64,000 nt of DNA from positions 1,240,001 to 1,304,000 of the forward strand of contig OU015568.1 of NCBI GenBank assembly GCA_907165135.1, given 5' to 3'. How positions within the stretch are numbered: position 1 is the first letter of the stretch; each line of letters starts with the position of its first letter. Below, in pieces: positions 55,701 through 64,000 of the stretch. This DNA is from Oikopleura dioica. Taxonomy: Eukaryota; Animalia; Chordata. Position numbers and translations under genes: made by a program. The notes beneath the pieces are model-generated. The model was not told where the DNA came from. It did no database searches and saw nothing but the letters and a program-made list of their open reading frames with translations.

Positions 55701-57684
55701 CTAAACTTCGCAGTGCGAGGTGCGATTGCGGAAATTTCGCACTTCGCACCGCACTCAGACCTGATATTTTTCATCGCACCGCACTTCGCACTTTCCGCAA
55801 AATTTTTGAAAAGTGCGATTCTTTTCGCAGTCGTATCCCGCACTTTTTAACCTTCCTCGCACTTCGCACTTTGCGGATTTTGCGGTCGATTCGCCGACAA
55901 TTTCTGTCAATTTTTGTCAATTGACCAAAATTTTTCTGCTGGAGCGTGCCTTCGGGCCGTCTCAGCCCCGTTCCATGATTTTTAAGTTTAAGGGGCTTGA
56001 CGGCCCTTCGGGCCGTCTCAGCCCCGTTCCATGATTTTTAAGTTTAAGGGGCTTGACGGCCCTTCGGGCCGTCTCAGCCCCGTTCCATGATTTTTAAGTT
56101 TAAGGGCTTCACGGCCCTTCGGGCCGTCTCAGCCCCGTTCCATGATTTTTAAGTTTTAGGGGCTTGACGGCCCTTCGGGCCGTCTCAGCCCCGTTCCATG
56201 ATTTTTAAGTTTAAGGGGCTTGACGGCCCTTCCGGCCGTCTCAGCCCCGTTCCATGATTTTTAAGTTTTAGGGGCTTGACAAAGGCTTTGAACTCTGAGT
56301 TGATCAATCTCAGTTCGTCCCCAACCCCACCTTCACCCATCATTTAAAAAATTCAAATTTTTTTTGTTTTTGCCTCAATTATGGTTTTGATCGAAAGTTT
56401 TGGAATTATTTCGGGTACGGAAGAAATTTTCGGCGATTTTTCTTTTTCCCACTCGCAGAGAATCGCAATTATTTCGCACTTTTCATCAATTATCCGCACT
56501 TCGCACTTTCGCACTTCCGCACTTTTCGCACTATCGCAAAATTTTCCGCAGTTTTTCTCCATATTTCGCACTTCGCACTCTGCGTCGCACTGCGAAGATA
56601 AATTTGAAAAAATCGCACTTCGCACCGCAGAAGAACCCGCAAAAAAAATCGCACTTCGCACCGCACCGCACTCGAAAAAATAGCAAAAGGCACATCCCTG
56701 CTCACCACTATACTAACACGGATCTGTGGATGAATCGATAACAGCATGAATTTCAGCACCCAGCTGCGACAATTCAATCGTACGATGCACGAGCCTGAGT
56801 GAGCCGGATAATATCGTCGGAATTCACGCTGGAATCTGGAGCCAAGAGATACTTGAAGGCAATCATTTCTACAAGCAGCTGTTTCCGAGGCTTTTTGCTT
56901 TTGCTCAACGCGCCTGGGCCGAGGGGTCGTGGGAGCAAGAACGAAGAACGGATCCATGGGCGATTTTTCAGGATCAGAAGTTTCTTGAAGACTTTAATTA
57001 TTTCCGATACTCTCTCAGGTAACCAATAAATTATGGCCCATAACTTATCGGCCATAACCTCCAACCAGCACAACCGCATACAATGTTCAGATACGAGCTT
57101 GACATCATGGAAAGCAATAAACAACAATATTGGCTTCCTAAGCCTGGGGCTTATACGCAGAACAGTATGTTATATACCGTATATATTTCTTTTTTGTATA
57201 TTTAATATATTTATATTAATATAATATTTTTATATTAATATATTATCATTTAAATCTGTACTTAAGGCTGACGAAGGCCCCTTTGAGGCCGAAACGCGTC
57301 CCAAAATAAATTTCAATCATCATTTAATATATTTGTTCTATTTTAAGGCGGATGGGGATTCAATACTCTTCTGAAATACAACGATATTATGTTCCGACAA
57401 AAGGGTGACTCTGATACCCGCTGGAGAACTCTAAGTGAAGTTGCTCGTAAGTCTTTCAAACTTTAAATTCACTTTTGACGGATTAACTAGACCTTGCAAA
57501 TACTGAAACTCTGATGGAAATGGTCACTTGTGGGAAAGCTTTCATCAATGACCAGCCGCTTTATATCTCTCCACCCATGGAATTTATTTTCAGCGAAAGG
57601 ATTTTCGAAGAACCTCGACCGGACAGTGCCACAAGTCTCCTTCCTTCTTTCTTTCTTTTCTTGAGCATTTTCTATCTGTTCTGA
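52799..57684 (+). CDS. Chitobiase-type GH20 beta-N-acetylhexosaminidase homolog, predicted GPI-anchored and catalytically altered
   Basis: Signal peptide, CHB-like N-domain (WVVSDSTIMPNWYI), RGVFIDVARNF, LHLKLADNEGWRLEIP, ELGAPGH, HIGGNQ, LANAGY, LFPRLFAFAQRAW, WLPKPGA; ends PDSATSLLPSFFLFLSIFYLF-TGA (57682-57684). Confidence 0.85.
55669..56700. mobile_element. hAT-superfamily non-autonomous element (1032 bp)
   Basis: Perfect 12-bp TIR CAGGGATGTGCC / GGCACATCCCTG, perfect 8-bp TSD CTCACCAC (55661-55668, 56701-56708), many subterminal GCACTTCGCA repeats. Confidence 0.9.
55948..56280. repeat. Six tandem copies of a 56-bp unit containing a GC-rich palindrome
   Basis: Unit GACGGCCCTTCGGGCCGTCTCAGCCCCGTTCCATGATTTTTAAGTTTAAGGGGCTT; TTCGGG recurs at 55951, 56007, 56063, 56118 and 56174, with a TTCCGG variant at 56230. 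Confidence 0.95.
57262..57310 (+). ncRNA. Minimal type I hammerhead ribozyme motif (Penelope-like-element type) in an intron
   Basis: GG-CTGACGA-A-GGCC-CCTTTGA-GGCC-GAAA-CGC-GTC|CC-AAAATAAA: conserved core, 4-bp stem II, palindromic ACGCGT stem III, GUC cleavage triplet at 57298-57300. Confidence 0.65.
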
Positions 57685-57859
57685 TTGCTGTAAAATAAAA
57701 CTTCTCAAAAAGAGCTAAGGACGCTGTTTTTCTTCTTTTAAAATAAATATTTTTATTACAGGTACATTATTGCAAGAAGAACTATACAACAGTAGTAGTG
57801 GTATATCAGTACGATTGGTTTTAGTAGGCATTTGTAAACTGGCGGGAGATGTAATAAAC

Positions 57860-59232
57860 TCATGTCTCTATATCGCCACCATGTGTCGAGCTGTCATCGG
57901 CGAGAGATGTTACTCTGGAAAGCGTTGGTGTCTGAAAATTCCAAAGTGAAAAACCGTATGAACAACAGTGGAAAACATACCCTTGGAGTAGTATCGCGAA
58001 CACCACCCTGAATTTCCGCCAGCTGTTGTCTGAAGTTGTCGCCCATCGGGTCATCCTCGATTCTGAAGCTTCTGTTTCTCATTCCCAGTCGATCAAGAGT
58101 CGATTCAAACTAAAGAAGCATCCGTGTTAGTATAGTGGTGAGTATTCCCGCCTGTCACGCGGGCGACCGGGGTTCGATTCCCCGACACGGAGCGTTTTTG
58201 GTACACATTTGTTCTCACCTCCATTTCACTCTCTGTTTTTGGCCCGAGCATCATCTCTTGTCTTTCTCTTCTATCGATGTAACTAAGGATGACAGGCACT
58301 CCAAAGACGTTGAAGAGCGAATAGAGGATGAAAATCGTCCAAACAGCCCAGCTGATTCCGTCGCCAGCGACGATTTCTTTGGAAGATTTGTCGACTTTGT
58401 TGATGATTTGAGTCATTCTTCCATGAAAATGAGCGAGAAGAGCGAGTTGGAGGATGACTTGAAGAAGAATTGCTGTTTTAGGCGTTTTCATTAGCCCAAA
58501 CAAATTTTTGGCAAGTATACGCAATGGGGTTAAAACCAAAGAAGCGCCCTTTTCCTGATACAAATGCATAACCAACAGATTTGATCAATCTGACACTAGC
58601 GCTCTCAACCGTCGTCAACCAAGCAATTGACATCATCAAAACCACCAGCGGAATCGCAGACGTCCAATAGAGCTGCGGAAGAACATCAAATCGCATTTCA
58701 TCAATTGCTTTTGCATAATCAACAGACTCTGAAAGAAGCGGACAGACTTCCACCAGCTCGATGTTCTTTCTTAGGTAGGCAGCCCATTCTTCTTTGTCGA
58801 GTAGGGTTGATCTTATTTTCTTAAAAGGGTTATCTATTGAAAAAGAGGAAGGAATAAACCTGAATTCGTTTATCATCATTGCATCCATCAACATTCTCAG
58901 CGAGGTGGATTAATTGAGGGAAAATGGTTTTTCGATATGTTCCATCTTTCAAGCTCAAAAAATGCATAAAGAAAAATACTATTCTTTAGTTTTTCAAGCT
59001 TTTCCTAGTCTATCTTCCATAAAATCGACAGCATTTTGCGTCCCTGCGATAGATTTCACTACTGCGACGATATAAAGAGCATTAGCTAAGTAGGTAAACC
59101 ATCCGATAAAATTCGCGCCTGATCTGAATTTATTCAAAAAATCAGTGAACTTTAAAAATCGGAAATTTGCTACCTGAGTGAGAAAAAGCAGCAGAACGAG
59201 GTGACTCTCGGGCACAAAGGCGATGAGCTCAT
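57860..59232 (-). CDS. Four-TM membrane protein (LAPTM/DUF4728-like N-terminal CCFFSLRSG motif)
   Basis: MSSSPLCPRVTSFCCFFSLRSGANFIGW..., four hydrophobic segments; spliced C-terminal exons FESTLDRLGMRNR... and TPTLSRVTSLADDSSTHGGDIET-TGA. Confidence 0.55.
58121..58192 (+). tRNA. trnD-GTC: tRNA-Asp (anticodon GTC), intact
   Basis: TCCGTGT acceptor stem pairs with ACACGGA, D-arm TAGTATAGTGGTGAGTA, anticodon loop CTGTCAC, T-loop GGTTCGATTCC, downstream TTTTT. Confidence 0.97.
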
Positions 59233-59732
59233 GATTTTTTTCGGATTTGTCTCTTTTAATTAGATATTCTGCATTTCTATTTTATGTTTTTAAAAGGAGA
59301 GAGGAAGGTGCGGGAGTTATTTTAAGGTGCTTCGCCAACCACATCGATTTTAGTCCTGGCGTGCCCGTCGGGCGAATTCTAGTTTTTCCCGAAATATTTT
59401 TCAGGTGCTATAAATCTACAGATTAACTCTAAGATGCCCTTTTTTCATTTGATAGATTGCCTTGAATTTGGACCTGAAGACGGTTCTAGAGCTAATCGTT
59501 TGAATTAGCAGCTGATAACAGTTTAAATCATTTCTTTTTATTAATTATCGTAGGGGAATGCTTTTTTCTTACAGTGTACATAGCATCAACGTTTAAAATA
59601 GAGATTGAGAAGTTCAAGGCGTTTTTCCAACTTCTTCTGTCGTCAGTCGTCCGCCAGGAATAAATTACAGTGGTAAGTTAACAGTAAAAATCACCAATAA
59701 ATTTAAAATATTCTTCATCCTTTTTTTCGTTT

Positions 59733-62111
59733 CTAAAGCCTGTACATCGGCTGATAGGTCTCCAATTCTTTCGATTTGATAAAGAGCTCGTGGTTTCTTC
59801 CAAATTCGAAAATGTCCATACATTTCTTGAGCGTATCGCGCGTCATTCGGGGGTCAATCGTGCCGTCGTCCCAAATTCTAGCGCTGGAAAAGAAGGACTC
59901 GTCTTCCCAGTCGTTTCCGGATCTGAGTCCCATCGAGGCTGGCCAGCGGAAGAAGAAATTAGGATCGTATTGGCGAGGACAGAGGTCGGATAGGCGGTTT
60001 GCTCCGGCGCAGGCGATGGTTACTTTTGGGCTCTAGAATTTTCATTCGGAAAATGTTTAAAAGTCTGCCTTACCTTGGATGTAGAAACAGCGGAGATATA
60101 AGCAGCTCTAGCTCGCATAGCGGCAGCAGAAGTAGCTACAGAGTCGCTTGAAGCATCGAAATCATCGTGGAACAACGAGTTTTGAAGGAAAACAACTTAT
60201 TTTCGCATTTTACAATCGTTTTTACCAAAAAAATCAGCTAAGACTCCTAAAGAGCGCAAACACGAATCCTGGAACGCGTCGTTCAGAGGCTAAATGAACG
60301 AAATGAGCTCCTTTGAGAGCTGCGTCGGAGTCAAAGTTGCCATTGTTCGCGACGAAACCGACCATATGTCCGCTTACTCGGCCATATCCGCAGACCAGCC
60401 CAGTACCGTACAGTTCTAAGGGTGAATAAACGCGGGAAAGTGGAATTGAAGAAGGTACCTTTGAATTCGTGGAAAACAGAGCCGTCTGTAAGGCAAGCAA
60501 TGGTCAGACGAGCATCAGATTTGGTCGAAGCGACATCGAGAATATCATACTCGACATTTGGTTCTACCGCAGCTTTTCTCGTCGTTGCGAATTCTAAACG
60601 AGAGGAATTAAAAGAAGACGAGAAGAGAAGGTGTTTACCTGGAATATTGAGCGTTTCGAAAATAGACCTAACATAGGCAGCAGATTCTTCCTCGTCTCTG
60701 GCGAAATAATCTGCACATCCGGAAACGGAGCTGTGGAGCATCGCTCCACCAAGCTCTTCTGCAGTGACTTTTTCGCCCGTCGCGGCTTCTACGAGAGGCG
60801 GTCCACCGAGGAACATCGTTCCCATCTTGTCAACGAAAACCACTGAAAAGAAGGAGTTAAAAAAAGGAAGAAAATAGGAATCGAGATGGAAATGGACTAT
60901 TCATAGGACTTTTAAGCCATTGAGCTCACTTTAGGGGCTCCAAAATTTTAACTATGGATCGGCAATGTATAAATACCCGCCCGAAATAGAGTGACTTGTT
61001 TGCCGAATTACATAAGCGCATCAAACATCAAAAAATAAACTTTGTACTTACTTTCGTCACACATAGAAGGCGTATACGCTCCGCCAGCGGTACAGCTTCC
61101 ACAAACCACGGAGACCATCGGAATTCCCATAGAACTGATGTTTGCGATGTTGTAGAAGTTTCGGCCCCCGTCGTTTTTGTCGGGAAAGATTTCAGACTGG
61201 AGAGGGAGGAAGGCTCCGCCAGAATCGACCAGGTTGATCGAAGGGAGGTAGTTTTGGCGGGAGATGTCGGACAATCGATTAGACTTTTGGACGGTGATGG
61301 GATAGGAGGTTCCACCCTAAATATTTCGATTAAAAATGAGACTTATTTACAAATTATCTAAACTTGGTCCAGAAATCTATGTTCAAAGCCAGAGGAAGGC
61401 TCCTGAGAAGCGGATCCGTCAAGGCTTCAAAGTGTTCTCAGGACCCTTACTCAGGCTCGAAACGCAGATTGACGAGCCCAGTATCTCAATTCAAGCCAAT
61501 TTATGAAGATTATCATCAGAAAAAATGGCCTCAATTTTAGGAATCAGTGACTTTGTTAACTTACTTTTACAGTAGCATCTGATCCACCAATACAAACAGG
61601 AATTCCATGAACCCAAGCGATGCAGGTCATCAGAGTCGCCCTCGGAATCGATCCATAATCCAAATCATGCCCAGCCAAAAGCCCAATTTCTAGCACTTCT
61701 GTTCCTTCGTCTTTTATCGCGTTTATTCTTTCCTCGACTAGAAAAAGGTATTGGAAGAAGGGATGAGATTTGTCTTACTGAAATATTTATTTCGGCTAGC
61801 ATGGAGTTTGTGCGCCTTTTCTGAGCCTCCTTTTCGCGCAAATTCTTCGATTTCTTGAAGCTTTTCGATCCAGTTTAGCTGAGCTGCTTTGTTAGCTGAT
61901 TTCTGTTTTACAGGGTTTCCACTACGTAACTTCTAGTACTCATTTTCACGGAGTTTTGACGAAGTTACCCTCTGTATAAAAAATCCGTTAAAATGTTGAC
62001 ATCTAGCTTATTTGAAAAAGCTGTAAAACGAATTCCTGAAGCATTAGCGGCAACATCACCGGTCAGTTTCTGCGGCAGTTGGCGAAACTTTCTCACCGCC
62101 GTTCGAATCAT
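59733..62111 (-). CDS. MCCC2-like: Methylcrotonoyl-CoA carboxylase beta-chain-like (acyl-CoA carboxyltransferase), mitochondrial
   Basis: Basic targeting-like N-terminus [86 protein letters not shown]. Confidence 0.85.
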
Positions 62112-62603
62112 CCTCTCTTTCAAATTTTTCTTCAAGGCCAAATTTCTTCTTTAGTTTCGTTTTTTTCTCTGGAATCTGTTTTGCTTGAGGCGGCCGTAAA
62201 GTTTGAGCGAATTCGCTGTGCCCAAATATTTGGCGCTGGACTGAACACAGGGCAATTTCAATCGGGTTAATCATTAGCCGATCGCAAGAAAATGCGGTAC
62301 TCTTTTTTCAGTGCTCTTAATTTCGCGAAGAAGAAATTTGGACAGAAGAAAAATATAATATTTTAAATATTTCTCTCGTAGATTTGGGAGGACCGCAGAA
62401 GTTCCCATGGGCGCTGGAGGACCTTCTGTTTGAAAACATCTCTCTTGAAATCGCTTCTTTGTTTTCTATTTATAATACGTAAAAATACATTATAATGACG
62501 TAAAAATAATATAGCCTATATAAAAAAGGTAACTATTTGATGTGATTTTTCTTATTTTCTTGGAAATATAACTTTTTTGACAGTAACTGGTCGTACAGAA
62601 TAA

Positions 62604-63250
62604 TCATGAAAATTCTATTGTCCAGAGAAAGGCTTTCTCATCTCTATCATTGAACTTCTCAAGATAAAGACGAGGATCACTTGCGCTTTTCGCATACATG
62701 TACTTTCCCGCTTTATCTTCAACAGCTAATATTCTCCATGTAAGACAGACATCTCTATCACCTTCATCGCAATGCTTTTCGAATTTCCATTTTTCGTTTG
62801 TATTATTCGCACCATCAAGTTCTTTGTGAAAAATTGCATCTCCTGAATTGCCCTTGTGATAAGCTGCGGCACCATTATTGTCATATGCGTGTGTATTTAT
62901 TACGTAACCATCATCGAAAGTCCCGTTTTCATTAAATCTTGGGGTAAGCCATAGAGGATGAGGATCTTTGCTCAATTCGAGTTTGATAGCGTAGTCACCT
63001 TTCTGGCCCTGCTCGATAAGAAAGGTTTCTTCAGGAATTTTTCCACAATTAATATAAGTCTACTTTATTTTTTATTTTTCGCCAAATGATATTAAAATCA
63101 AACCTGATATTTGAGATTAACGAGTGTGGCTTGTTTGAAGCAATAGTATCCATCTCCAGCATTAAAACAAAACAATCCCTCCGGGCAGTCACATGTTTCA
63201 GAGGGTTGTTGCTCAGTAGTTGTAGTTGTAATTAAGGGGGTGGTGGTCGA
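62604..63250 (-). CDS. 3' part of a probable extracellular protein: Thr-rich stalk, small Cys module, beta-trefoil-like domain
   Basis: TTTPLITTTTTEQQPSETCDCPEGLFCFNAGDGYYCF, then ETFLIEQGQKGDYAIK...EKWKFE...KYMYA...AFLWTIEFS (fascin/ricin-like repeat pattern). 5' end not found. Confidence 0.45.
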
Positions 63251-63628
63251 GAAAATTTTTTTCGACTTTTTAAAATTTTGATATTATTTTTAGATTCCTT
63301 GATAAAAATGGATGATTTTTGGTCACTAGCTTTTTTGATTGGACCAACTTTATCTAAGAAAATTTTCGATTTAATGTTGTGAAATCGTCACTTTCGTGAA
63401 TTTTAAAACGCGTTTTTTCGAAGTAATACCAACTCAAAATTGATTTTTATTGCGAGATAATGTTTATTCATCATATTCTTATAATAAAATTCTTAAAAAT
63501 TATTATTATTGTGATTTTTTTGAAAATGTCATCGAAAAATGAGTGAAAATGACGATTTTTAAGAAAATAACATGTTTTCATTCAATATCTATCTTTTTTT
63601 CTAACAAAGTGAACTTTGCGAATCGCGA

Positions 63629-64000
63629 AAAACCACCAGCGGAATCGCAGACGTCCAATAGAGCTGCGGAAGAACATCAAATCGCATTTCATCAATTGCT
63701 TTTGCATAATCAACAGACTCTGAAAGAAGCGGACAGACTTCCACCAGCTCGATGTTCTTTCTTAGGTAGGCAGCCCATTCTTCTTTGTCGAGTAGGGTTG
63801 ATCTTATTTTCTTAAAAGGGTTATCTATTGAAAAAGAGGAAGGAATAAACCTGAATTCGTTTATCATCATTGCATCCATCAACATTCTCAGCGAGGTGGA
63901 TTAATTGAGGGAAAATGGTTTTTCGATATGTTCCATCTTTCAAGCTCAAAAAATGCATAAAGAAAAATACTATTCTTTAGTTTTTCAAGCTTTTCCTAGT
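63629..64000 (+). repeat. Direct duplication of 58638-59009 (internal exons of the 4-TM gene), continuing beyond the window
   Basis: 372 bp that appear identical by eye from AAAACCACCAGCGG to TTTTCCTAGT. Confidence 0.95.

Larger units (their letters stand above)
55611..56722 (-). tRNA. tRNA-Asp(GTC) gene split by a hAT MITE (probable pseudogene)
   Basis: 5' part TCCGTGTTAGTATAGTGGTGAG at 56722-56701 and 3' part at 55668-55611, identical to the intact copy at 58121-58192; TTTTT terminator downstream. Confidence 0.9.

Noticed and set aside
55948-56280. CRISPR-like array of palindromic repeats
   Set aside because: The spacers are identical, there are no cas genes and the context is eukaryotic; it is a tandem minisatellite inside a hAT MITE.
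52799-57684. Recent horizontal transfer of a bacterial chitobiase
   Set aside because: The gene has many spliceosomal introns and host-like composition, and animal chitobiase-type GH20s exist. HGT cannot be supported without a phylogeny.
7744-57684. Glycan-gene cluster (MANBA, ALG8, lectin-like genes, GH20)
   Set aside because: Apart from the nested MANBA/ALG8 pair, these genes are tens of kb apart among unrelated genes; chance is sufficient.
58105-58215. Protein C-terminus constitutively encoded by the antisense strand of tRNA-Asp (ORF 58105-58575)
   Set aside because: A good GTGAGA donor and TTTAG acceptor remove the tRNA region and join in frame to downstream exons, so the overlap is most simply intronic.
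61455-61482. Second hammerhead-like motif (GGCTCGAAAC...TGACGAGCC)
   Set aside because: No room for stems I and III, an imperfect core, and it lies within the MCCC2-like gene.

Overview
Compact, AT-rich eukaryotic (animal) genomic DNA. About 25-30 intron-containing genes are packed with short introns (~35-60 nt), and several introns have non-canonical GA-AG ends. This is most consistent with the larvacean tunicate Oikopleura; that assignment is an inference from gene architecture, not a database hit. Recognisable genes: aquaglyceroporin, a membrane-anchored PEBP, ABCF3, beta-mannosidase with ALG8 nested on the same strand in one intron, two tandem SSUH2-like genes, ninjurin, a TGF-beta type I receptor, an annexin hosting an antisense nested gene, an HtrA-like protease, Salvador (SAV1), a PLEKHG5-like RhoGEF, a GPI-anchored chitobiase-type GH20 whose catalytic DE pair is NQ, a 4-TM protein, an MCCC2-like subunit and two tRNA-Asp(GTC) genes, one split by a hAT MITE. 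Non-autonomous DNA transposons (TTAA-flanked, MULE-like, hAT-like) are common. Best leads: the nested ALG8/MANBA locus, a MITE in an exon that can be spliced out in frame (candidate intron gain), the GH20 pseudo-enzyme and an intronic minimal hammerhead ribozyme. Gene models were spliced by hand, so exon boundaries and start codons are approximate.
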